Shown: in pieces, positions 1-12,300 of the stretch
Layout: every line of letters starts with the position of its first letter
Numbering within the stretch: position 1 is the first letter of the stretch
NCBI RefSeq assembly: GCF_963921235.1
Contig: NC_086109.1
Coordinates: 1,552,001-1,616,000 of the forward strand
DNA length: 64,000 nt
Direction: 5' to 3'
DNA from: Mobula hypostoma
Lineage: Eukaryota
Made by a program: the position numbers and the translations under genes
Notes under the pieces: model-generated
The model's input: only the letters and a program-made list of their open reading frames with translations
Databases searched by the model: none
What the model was told of the DNA's origin: nothing

Positions 1-309
1 GATTAGCACCATTCAGGACAAAGCAGATGCTTGATCGGTTCCCCATGCACCATGCTGAATCAATGGCATGGCAGCTTAGAAGCAAAGTATTTTCAGCCCC
101 GATGCAGGGTGGGCCAGTCTGTTCCTTCCCTTTGTTCTACGGAGGTGATGTGGGAATTGCAGTTGCTCTTCTCCCTCAGGAGTGATTTGGGTGATGGATC
201 CTGGTCACTGATGCAGGTGTGAGGTTGGGCGTGGGAAGAGAATAAGCTGAGGAGCTGTCCAGAGTTGTTTGGAGAGGGCGGAATATGCTCTTAGGAGACC
301 AGAAAATGC

Positions 310-369
310 TCATGAAATTTTCTGAATGGTGGTGTAGACTGTTCCGATCTCCTCCTGGCCAATGTTCTC
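310..369 (-). CDS. SLAM-like gene exon 6 (ENIGQEEIGTVYTTIQKIS*, contains ITSM)
   Basis: Acceptor tcttcattcacag|GAG in phase 0; ITSM TVYTTI at 325-342; TGA at 310-312. Confidence 0.8.
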   Translation of the reverse strand, partial: ENIGQEEIGTVYTTIQKIS

Positions 370-3300
370 CTGTGAATGAAGATGCATACTCTATTGCTGG
401 TACTGCTGTAACCCTCACCAGTTTCGCTGTGAACCCCAGCTTGTCCGCTGTGTTGCCCCCCCCCATCTGCAGCACCTTCACCACGTGATCTCTGATCCCA
501 GCCCAAATGCACCATTATCGTCCATCTTCTCATACTCAGTCTGATTCTCTCTCCCTCATGGCTCATTACCAGATCCCGTCCCAGCTAACAGTCATCCTAT
601 TCCCAACCTTACTGCCCAAGGTTCATCGAACTCAAACATTACATCTCCCCACCCCACAATGCCTTTTCGCATCTCTCACGCCCCCGGCCCCTACATCCCT
701 ATTTCTGTAGATCCCACCTCATCTCCAAAATCCTCTTTGTCCCCTCCACAGTTTTTGAAATTATATGGTAAGACTCACGTAGTCATTGGGGGCACTTGAT
801 CCATCATGTCTACTCCCCTGACTCCTGTCTGTAATGAGAATTGTCAGCAAAAGAACAGATTGTGGTCTGAGAATGTGAACAACTGCGATCGGGGCAGAAT
901 CTGAAACTTGATGTTTGCCCAGTGGTATACCAGTTACTGACCCCAGAACATTTTGAGACTGTGCCCCCTGGTTTGAGATGCCCAGCCAAGGAAAACACCA
1001 TTCTGTAAGGAGTATGGACTTTTCAGGGAGAATACTTCTAGTTCTTTTAAACTCCAAGGAGGACAGTGCCAATCTGCTTCATCTCCCGTCGGGATAAACC
1101 ACGCCAGGAGCAACCTTGCAGTTATGGCTTCTACATCACACTGGCGCCACCACAGGGCTACCCATACGCAGTTAAAGTGAACACGGTCCATCTTGGGAGC
1201 AGGAATAGGGAGGCCATTTTTTCCTGAGAGGAAATGAGTTGAAGCGGGGTTGAGAAACAGTCGGTATCAAAAGTGGACTCTGACATCACTGGAAGTCACC
1301 CCACCAGGCAGCGAGGCCGTGGAGAAGAGGGATAGAGCGGGAAAGGAGGCAATGACGGAGCCTACGGGCACCCAGGTTGTATCTAGGGAAAAAGCGGTGT
1401 CACCTGTGATTAAGAGAGATGAGGGGGCACTCCGGTGGAGTTTTTAACCTGAGTAAGGGGTGGGTTGTAGTGGGGACGTTCCGTTCGTGGGGAGAACCAG
1501 AGGCAGTCAGTGTAGGTTGGTAAGGTCTGTGGGGATTCAGAGAGCGGTGAAAGAATGGAAGCGGTCCCTCGGGAACACATTTCTGAAAGGAATTTCAGGG
1601 GGCTGGTTGGGAGCACTGTCAGAGTGTTACATGAAGTAGGACACACATTGTTTGTGACAAGGGGTACATCATACCTGTAAGGGAAACACTCTTGCATTTT
1701 CTGCAGTATATATAGACGACAATTATGCAGAGAATCACACAGATGAGGCACGATATTGCGATCAAGGCCATGGGAATCCTGGAGGCTAGAGAACAGAAAA
1801 TGAAGAACATCTGAGACATCAACAGGAGACAAGTTCCTGGACAAGGCTGACAGAGATGTGCTCCCTCGTTGGTCTAACCCAGGAATACAATGACTATATC
1901 TGTCCGTGGTGATAGACGGTATGGAAGGAGCTTTGCTCTGTGTCTAAACCCCTGTCCTGGTATTTTACTTTTATTGCACGTGAACAGACATCAAGAATTA
2001 TATTGCACAGAGAAAGGCCTATCATGTTCATGCTAATCCTTCCAGTCAAAGCCAATTGATGAACGCCTATCTCATAGCTTGGTGATTCAAGTGCTCATAT
2101 TAAATGTTGTGAGAGTTGTGTCAACAAGAACACTCACGCTCCTCACCTTTAACCTTTGCACTCAGATTCTGGAAACCTGTCATGGGGAAAGTGTTTCACT
2201 ATCCACTCTGTATGTCCTTCATGATTCGATATATCACTATCAGGTCACCAGTCAGTCTCCTCTGCTCCAGGCATAATAAGCCCAGTCTCTCCTCAGAATG
2301 GAAATGATTGGATCTAATTAACATCCTGGTGAAACTTCTCTGCAACCTCTCCAGTGTGCTGACCATAACTGTGTGCAGGACTCCAGGGGTGGCCTAACTG
2401 ATCTTCTGTAAGAGTCAAATCAAAACTTGGCCTCTTCTACTCTATGCCCTGACTAATCGTGGCAGGTATCTCACGTCCCACAAAGCACTGGGGGGGACTC
2501 AGCATCGGAGTCTAGCTGAAGGGTCTTGACCTGAAACATCAACTAACCATTTCCCTCCATAGACGGTGCCTGACCTTATGACTTTGTCCAACATCATAAT
2601 AATCCTGTTCTAGGTTTCAGTATCTGCAGATCAATACGGTTGTCCCAGAAGTCTACAACAATTTCTGTATTTAGGAGATGGGCACTGGGACCCTTGTTTA
2701 TTTAGTATAACAGTGCAGAGTAGGCCTTTCTGATTCCTCAAACCTCACCACCCCCAATTAACCCTAACATAACCATGGGATAAGTTACAATGACCAATTC
2801 ACCTGCCCAGTACGTCTTTGATGAAACTGGAACACCCAGAGAGAACACATTCATGCCACAGGAAGGACTTACAGAGACTCCTTAGAGAACAGCACCAGAA
2901 TTGAATTCCAAATTCCAAAGTGCCCCGAGCTGTACAGCATCGCATTAGCCGCGACACTGGCTGTAATATGCAGATAAGGAACTTGGTTCAGAATGTGGGA
3001 GCAGTCTCAGAAGTAAGTTTTCGGATGGCACAAAAATTGGTAGACCATAGACAGCGACAATGGTTACCTAAGGATAAAGTTGGATGTACATCAACTGGCA
3101 GGTTGGGCAGAGCAGTGGCAGCTGCAATTTAATCCAGTCAGGTATGAGGTAATGTATTGCAGGAAGTCAAATTATGTTACAATGAAAATGTCAAGCCCTG
3201 GAGGGCACAGATTTTTAAAGTGAGAGGGGAAAACAGTTAAAGGAGATCTGTGAGGCAAGTTTATCACAGTAAGGATGGTAGTTGCTTGAAACAATATTCC

Positions 3301-6300
3301 ATCTAAGTTGTGCGGGTGGGCGGCTATGCAGTAACTGAAATACCACCATGCATATAGCCTTTGTTACCACACAGCTGGAATTTTCTTTTTATATACAATG
3401 GAAGTGTTGCCTCAAAAATATTTCAGCAATATTGTGATTTCAAATGTGTTGTTTCTGAGAAAGTTAAGGCTGATTTGATTAATTAAAATGTTCACTATGT
3501 TGAACTACATGCGTAGAAATTAAGAATTTGAAGAACGATCAATTCTTGTTGTCATTGTTGGAACATTTCAAGTTTCTAGTGCTGATTGTAAATATAGATT
3601 CAGTCTTATGAATTCAATTAAATATAAATCCGGAAACAGACTAGAAGTGGAACACTTGGAGGATCTAATGAGGATTAAGACATATCTTTCATCTGGATGC
3701 AAAATTAATCTGGACAGTGCTTATGGACAATGGATTTGTAATAAAGACAGAAAAAGTTCATAAAATGTGAAAGATTTCCTTTGTTGTACTGTATTTCATT
3801 ATACTCCAATTAATAAAACCAAAAGTATGTGATTTTCAGTTTTCACTCTAAATATTGATAGTATGCATATACAAAAGAAAAATATTTAAAGTGACATGCA
3901 GTTTTCAGTCTGTGTAAAAATTTCCTCCTCAGAGAAATGGGTAGTCCGTGCAGCTGTAAAGAATTCGAGGTAGCATTACATGGAACACACTCCCAGGGGT
4001 TGTGGTCAAAGCGCATAGGATAGCAACATCTGAAGAGCATTTGGACAGGCGCATAAATGGGCTTAGGATACAGGCAATAGAAAGGTACAAGGCTGGTGAA
4101 GTTATGGTAAGTGTTTCCATGCAAAAATTTTGTTGGCACATGACATGCAGTGCTACCCACCCATAATAAATTGATACATAAACATTACCTTTACTGCCAA
4201 ATGAAGCAGTGAATGATTATTTTCAACCCAAGAGCAGTGAGACGTTTGTTTAGAAGTTGTCTCTATCTGGGTTGCTGCCATCTAGATGGTTGCAAGAGCA
4301 CGTGATGTTGGATGACACATTTGAAAGCCTTGCAGACCTGCTGTACATGTCAGGATTTGGATAGCAAATGAATGGGCCAATGACATCACCCCCTGCTTAT
4401 ATTATTTGCGAGTGAACACCGGATATTCAATGATAATAACAACAACAGCTGCGTGTATAGTAGTTCAGTTTCTCAGTGAATATTTATTTTTTGAAATACA
4501 TTTCACTTATTTTAGAAAAACTATGTTCTTTAAGTTTCTTGGTGAAATACTTGTAAACTGTGCTGTAAACTCTTTTCAGTTTGTTCAGTATATCAGATAC
4601 ACTAGGAAAGAAAGAAAGAAATGAACGTGGTCGAGTCTAAGTACAGGAGAAGACTTCCTGATAAATACAGTGCTACCTGCACAGCTCTCAAAAGAACTGA
4701 ATGCACACGGATATAAACTGTTTGTCATCATTAGTGCAGTCTCACTGAGAGTAAAGTGTCTTTCTTTTCCTTCATCTCTCATGAATATGTACCAAAGTTT
4801 ATGATTTACATTTACATTTCTTATGTAATACTGTATATGGTGGTTCCTTAAGGTTGTTATAGCCGGGGGTGGTAATGGGGACAAGCTCCCACTACCCATC
4901 AAATGATCTCAATGATGTGCACCTCAAATAGTCTCTTACAAGCAAGTCCAGCTCCCAGCCTTCATATGTGGTTTAACTACTAAGCCCAGGAGAGCCATTT
5001 CTACTAACAAAAGAAGGGGCTAGAGCAGGTTAGTGACGCCTTAAAGCCAGTCGCTTTGGGTAAATGGGGCTCGTCACCCATGGTTGGCACCTCATCTACG
5101 AGAAGGAAAAGTGATCTCAGAACTCCGCTCCCTCATGGCAATGCCCACTCATGGTGAAGGCTTCAGGAGTAAATCCTGAGGGAAAAATCCAGAGCTGCAG
5201 TCCCTTTGACAGTCCTACTTTGAGTTCAATGCTGACTGTCAACTCCCTGTGACATTGCTGGAACCAAACTGTATCAGTCGCTGCCGTTCCTTTGGGTTCA
5301 TCAGATGCATGGAGAAGGGGAGCTTGCTACGTGGTAACAGCTCGATCTCCATATCGTACTGTCTAGGCTTGCGTACCTAGGACACAACATCAGTGGTTGA
5401 CCCCGACCAACAGAGGCTTCGGAATGTATATGAGGTTCAGTAACGATACTATTTAGAAATTATGGTATTTTTCAATTGCCTTCTTGAAAGTTTAATATTA
5501 GTAAATTTTGAACTGGTTTTCTAAAATGTTTCATTTATTTCACTCATTCTGTTATACTCTTATTAATATTAACACAATGAATGCACATAAATAAACAACA
5601 GGACATGCTTTTTATTTTAAAAGTCTATAATTATTGTTACTAATTCATAAATCCTCCAAGAGGGATCACAACCTTGTAGGGTTTGGAGGCTTGCTTACCT
5701 CAATGACCTGGAGAGTCAAGGCTTTATCATTTAGCTCTTGGCAAGGTCACCCATGCCAAACAGGTGAAAGGTTAGAGGCCAGACTAAGAGTGGTCCACCG
5801 GTCCTCCAGGTTCAGAGGTTCAGCTCAGGGCTAACAACCCTGACTGGTTAAACAAAACTGTTACGGAAACAGCAATGAAGAATCCTTCTACATCTGCGTG
5901 GGACTGTATTCCTGAGTCTCCACCCGGGACTTGTGTGATTGACGGTAGTGAAGCTACTGACGTGATGAAGGAAGCCCTGAGCACCGGCAGAGATGGGGGA
6001 CCTTCATTGCCGCCCTAAATGCCAGCGGCAGAACAGGCAGTAAGTAAGTTGTTCATTATTCAATAAAAATCTGTATTCAAAATTACCACGGTATATGAGA
6101 GAAATCTTCAGAAGATTATCCCCTATTTGGACACATGCTCTCAAAAATGTTCACTATCCCTGAATTATAGACTATGATGGCAGGTGGGATTAGTTTAGAC
6201 AAACATCATGGTCATAGCAGACATGGCAGGCTGAAGGGATTGTTCCTGGTCCACGACGTGTAGAGTAAGTGGCAGGATACTAAAGAGCATTGATGTAGAG

Positions 6301-9300
6301 AGGGATCTAGGAGTCCAGAGATCCCTGAAAAAACATATAAGAACATAAGAAATAAGAGCAGGAGTAGGCCATTTGGCCCATCGAACCTACTCCGCCATTC
6401 AATAAGATCATGGCTAATCTGGCCATGGACTCATCTCCACCTACCTGCCTCTTCCCATAACCCTTAATTCCCCTACTATGCAAACATCTATCCAACCTTG
6501 TCTTAAATATATTTACTGAAGTAGCCTCCACTGCTTCACTGGGGAGAGAATTTTACAGATTCACCACTCTCTGGGAAAAGCAGTTCCTCTTCATCTCCAT
6601 CCTAAATCTACTATCCTGAATCTTGAGGCTATGTCCCCTAGTTCTAGTCTCACCTATCAGTGGAAACAACTTTCCTCCCTTTATCTTATCTATCCCTTTC
6701 ATGATTTTATGTTTCTATAAGATCTCCTCTCATCCTTCTGAATTTCAGTAAGCCCAGTCCTGAGTCAATCTCTCCTCATTGTCAAACCCCCTCATCTCTG
6801 GAATCAACCTGGTGAGCCTCCTCTGCGCCACCTCCAAAGCCAGTATATCCTTCTTCAAGTAGGGAGACCGGAGCTGCACACAGTACTCTAGATGTGACCT
6901 CACCAGTACCCTGTATAGTTAAGCTGGCTCTTAAATTCAATCCCTCTAGCAATGAATGCCAACATTCCCTCTGCCTTCTCTTTCTTGACAGACTACCGCA
7001 CCTGAAAACCAACCTTTTGTGATTCATACACAAGCCCCCTCAAGACCTCTCTGCAGTCTCTCCATATCCTCTGCACAAGTTGCTTTTCCACTCAATTTAG
7101 ATACACTGCACTGGGTCCCTTGTTCCATATCGTTAATGTATATCATGAACAGTTGCGGGTACAGGCACCAACTGCCGCGGCACAGCGCTCATCACTGATT
7201 GCCAACGAGTAAGTGTGGACACAAAGTGGAAGAGTATTTGGTTTTCTTGTGTATGTTCGATGAGGCACTGTGAATAAGATTTGAGATGTTGCAGCTATGC
7301 AAAAGATGAGTTAGCATATTGTATACAGTTCCGTTTACCACACAATAGGGAGCACGAGGCAGCAATAGAGAGTGTAGCAGAGATTTACTAGGGCATACGG
7401 TATGGGGTGTATAGGAGTAGCATAGATAGACACACAGTCAGCATGAATGAGATGGGCTGAAGGGTCTATTTCTGTGCTGTACGTTACAAAGCACCCTTAC
7501 CACTGCCCGTGCTGCTGTGGGTCATATCTCCATACTGATCACTGCCTGCATGCCTGCTCTGTCGCCCCGTTCCTAACCTTTCCCTCAGTTATTGGGAAAG
7601 ATTGAATAAGTTTGGACTTTATTCCTTAGAACGTAGAAGATTGAGAGGAGATTTGATAGAGGTATACAAAATTATAACGGGTATAGATGGGTAATGAAAG
7701 CAGGTTTTTCACACTGAGGTTGGGTGGGATTACAACTAGAGCTCATGGGTCAAGGGCGAAAGGTGAAAAGTTTAAGGAGAACATGATGAGAAACTTCTTC
7801 ACTCAGTGTGGAACGAGCTGCCAGCTGGATTGCAACGTTTAGGGTAAATTTGGATAGGTAGCTGGATGGAAGGGCTCTGGTCCAGGTGCAGGTTGATGGG
7901 AGTACGCAGGTTAAATGGCTCAGCAACACATAGATGGGCCAAAGGGCCTGTTGCTGCGCTGTACTTGTCTGTGACTCTGTGACTCTAGTCCCCTGTTCCT
8001 GTCCACACTTACCTTCCTGCTGACAGGCATGTTCGCTGGAGAAGTGAGCAGTCGCCTGGCTGACGGGATTCCAGACCGTGCAGGCGTAGTCAACTGTGTC
8101 AGAGGAGGCGAGTGACAGCGAGAGGTCGGCGCCGCGGTCTGAAATCTGCCCCAGGGCTGTACCGTTCCTGGGGCTCCAGCCGAAACTCAGCTTGTTTCCG
8201 GCTGCGGCAGAACACCGGAGGGTCACGTTGCAGGACTGGCCAGAGGTGATGTTTAGCACCTCCACGGTGACGTTGGACACCGGCTCTGCGGGTGGAAAGT
8301 GAGGAGAATCAGCAGGTTCGATACCATCCTGACTCGGGGTCACAACCAAAGCAGGCTCCCGTCTCTCTGGTAGGGATCCCTCCGTTTGACCAGTCACCAC
8401 TTTGTTGCTGCGGTGGGGAGCGATTTCCACTGGGCGCTGGGGGTGTTGTGCTTTGTGGGGGGAGGGGGTTGGTCTGGTTTTTTTTCTGATGTAGAGGGGG
8501 TTGGAGATTTATGTCGTTGTCACTGTTTTTTCTAACGAGGAGTGAGTCGGGGATTTGACGCTATTGTCGCTGTTTTCATTCTCTGTCAGGGAGGGGAGGG
8601 GGGTTTCGGTGTTTGCAAGTTTTGTTCCTTTTTCTTTTTTTTTGTGTGTTGGGGTGGGGAGAGTCGATGTCTTTGCATTCAAAATCTTATGGTGTTTCTA
8701 TATTTCCTGGCTCTCTGGAGAAGATAAGTATCGGAGTTCTATTGCACATTCATACTTTGACAATGAAATGAACCTTTGAACCTTCAACTTATCTCCATCT
8801 GGAATGTTCTATGTCACCCTCTCCAAGAAGGACATCCACCCTGAGCCGCTATCAGGCCGATTATCTCTTTCAATAAGGTCACTGACCCGATCGGAACATA
8901 GCTTCGATGTGGGCAATGTCTGAGTGTCGGCATCGAGGACGTGCTAACTTACAGAGCTGGAACAAATAGGTTATTCTCGACTGCGAGAGTGCATCTGGAG
9001 AGAGAAGTGCTGGTGACAGCCTGCTTCTCAATTGTCTCAGCGACAGGCAGACTGGGACTGCAGTCAATAGAAAAGCAGATCAATCTAAAGTAGAGCAAAT
9101 TACGACCCAGATGTGGCCAATGGGAGCTGTGTGGATCAGCAGAAAGGTCCCGTTTCCGTGGCTATTAAATTGCCAGGACAATTCGGGATGTAAGACGTGA
9201 CCCATGACGTGCAATCTGGGAAAGGTGAGACCCCTGGTGTGCTGAGGATGGTGACACAGGAGGCTGTGTAAGTGGAGACAGTGGGTGTGGCGGCCTCATA

Positions 9301-12300
9301 CACAGAACACAGGAGGTCAGCACGTGGGTGGGGACTGCAAGTCTTTCTCATGGAAAGTAGCCGGCTGGTGTTCATCACGGGGGGGGGGGTCTGTGCCAGT
9401 CGACAGGGTGTTGGGGGGATCTCACCTGGAGTGCTGGCGCAGTGCTGCTCTCCTTGTCTAAGGAGGGGCCCCCGGTATTGGGGGCGGGGTAGACAAGGGT
9501 GACCTGGACCACCCCTTGAGACGCTAAGGAGGGCGGGGGGCTGCGGGGACGAGATTAGGCTTGAATAGAAAGCCAGTTTCTGGATGGCACAGCGATGTAG
9601 TGGCTGCACTTTGTAATGCGGTGATCGCCGACTGGGTTTCCATTCCAGCGCTGTCTGTAAGGAGACTGTACATCCTCCCCGTGACTGCGTGGGTTTCCTC
9701 CCACAGTCCAAAGATGAACAAATTCGGGTTAGTAAGTTGTGGGCATCTTGTGTGGGCACCGGAAAGCATGACAACACTTGCTGGCGGCCCCAAGCTCATC
9801 CTCAGTCATTGACACAAATGACACATTTCACTGCTTGTTTCGATGTTTCAATGTACACGTGAGAAATAAAACTAATCTTTAACTTTAACTTCTGCAGATG
9901 CTGAGGGAGCTGGAGCAGGGAGATGCTGAGAGGAAATTCCCTCTGCTCGGAAATGGTAACGGAGCTGGGAGTGGAGATTTGGGGTGCCACAGCAGTGTAG
10001 TGGTTAGCACAACGTTTTACAGTACCAACGACCCAGGTTCAATTCCCGCTGCTGTCTGTATGGACTTTGTACATTCTCCTTGTGACCGCTTCAGTTTCCT
10101 TCGGGTGCTCCACAGCCCAAAGACACACCAGTTGATAGGTTAATTGGTCATTGTAAATTGTCCCATCGTTAGGTTTCAGTTAAATCGTGGGACTTCTGGG
10201 CAACATGGCTCAAAGGGCTGGAAGGGCCTATTCCATGGTATATCTCAATAATTTAAAAGAACATTTTAAAAATACGGAGCCACTAGATTCTGACAAGGGT
10301 GAGGAGACAGTTCTTCCCATGAATCTGTGGAACTTCCCAGAAAGGGGGCACTTCATACTCTCGCTATGTGAATGAGTACCAGGGATGGTCTGTGGGAGGG
10401 GGGTGGCAAACAGCAGGGATCTGAAGGGGCCGAGTGGTCACGCCTGTTCCTGTTTCTGGTGAAGGAGAAGGGAGGGACTGGCATCAAGCACACACCCATC
10501 AATACCACTGTCCTATCTCCAAAGTCGGAGCGATGTGGAGAGGAGCTGAGGGGGATGAAGAGACTGACCGTACACTCGGAGGGAAGTGTCTGCTTTCCAT
10601 TCCGTGGGTGTGAAGACTGTCACAATGTAAGTTCCTGCATCCTCCCACTTCACACTATTTATCCAGAGGGTGAAATTGTCCAGCATCATGAAACGTTGCC
10701 CAAGCTGCTTGCCAACAAAATACTTCACCTTCTTCGTGTCTGTTTCATAGCGAGCGATCAGAGTTGAGGAAGCATTACTCTGGAAACTCCAGGTGACCTC
10801 GGCTCCCTGTGGCAGGGGCTCCACCTGCACAGGTAACCAGGTCTGGTGGTGCAGGCTGGCGTTGACTGGATAATCTGGAGTCTTCACATCCAAAGCAAGG
10901 CAAGCTGGGAAAGGACAGGCAAGTTATGGGCATGGAGCTCTCTATCACTCTCCCCACACACACCTCCTCCCTCCCTTCCCCAAACAAAAGCCCCTCCCTC
11001 CCATCTTAGCCCCCTTCTTTCCCTCTCTCTTCTAATTTTCACTCTGTTCTTTATTATCTCTCCTTTTCCTATGAAGAGTGTTTGATGGTTCTGGGCCTCT
11101 ACTCATTGGAATTCAGAAGAATGAGGGGTGACCTCATTGAAACCTATCTAATACTGATGAGCCTTGACAGAGTGGATGAGGAGAGGACGCTTCCTACAGT
11201 GGGCATCCAGGACCAGAGGGCACAGCTTCAGAACAGAGGGACATCTATTTCGGATGGATATAAGGAACAGTTTTTTTTTTTAGCTAGAGATTAGTGAATG
11301 TGTGAAATTTATTCCCACAGGTGTCTGTGGAGGCCTGGTTATTGGGTATATTTAAGGGAGAGGTTGTTAGTTTCTTCATTAGTCTGTTCTGAAGGGATAT
11401 TGGGAGAAGGCAGGAGACTGGGGCTGTGAAGAATATTGGATCAGCCATGATGAAATGGCAGAGCAGACTCAATCTGGCAAATGGTCTAATTCTGCTCCTA
11501 TATCTTATGGCCTAATGATCTTTCCCACCCCTCAATCTCTTCTCCCCTCCTGCTCACTGCCCCTTCCCTGCCCTCAACCTCTGACCTCTCCCCTCCTGCT
11601 CACTGCCCCTTCACACCCCTCAACCTCTGACCTCTCCCCTCCTGCTCACTGCCCCTTCACACCCCTCAACCTCTGACCTCTCCCCTCCTGCTCACTGCCC
11701 CTTCCCTGCCCTCAACCTCTGACCTCTCCCTTCCTGCTCACTGCCCCTTCACACCCCTCAACCTCTGACCTCTCCCCTCCTGCTCACTGCCTCTTCACAC
11801 CCCTCAACCTCTGACATCTCCCCTCCTGCTCACTGCCCCTTCCCTGCCCTCAAACGAGTTCTTTTTTCATTCACTCTCCTTCCTTCCTCAACATATTCTC
11901 ACCTCTCATTGTTTCTCCATCTGTTCTCCCTTCTGACCCCACCCATGAAACAGGAGCAGAAGGCCATTTGGCCCCTCGTGCCTGCTCTGCCATGCACTCC
12001 GATGATGGCTTATTTTACTTCTTCTCTCTCTCCTACCCTTCCTTTCTCTCTTCTCCTTTCTCCTGCAGCCCCCTCTTTGTGAATGTCACTGCCCTTTGAT
12101 CTGTTTCCATCGCTGTTTTACCCATCTCATTGAGCACACTGTTGCTACTCTCCATCATCTCTCCATTTTCCTTCTCACTGGCTGTACTCTTCTCTCTCCG
12201 CTTCTGCCTTCCTCCTCCTCCATCTCTCCACCCGCATCTCCCTGCTTTCCACACGAATCTCCGTTCCAGTTTCCCTGGTCTTCAACCTCTATCTCCCGCT

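Noticed and set aside
9425..9540. Possible extra exon between the IgV and IgC2 exons (cag| ... |gtgaga on the minus strand)
   Set aside because: The phase-1 reading hits TAG after five codons and has no Ig features; exons 2 and 3 join cleanly without it.
9985..10050. tRNA gene
   Set aside because: The A/B boxes belong to a SINE head; no full cloverleaf, and it continues into the SINE core.
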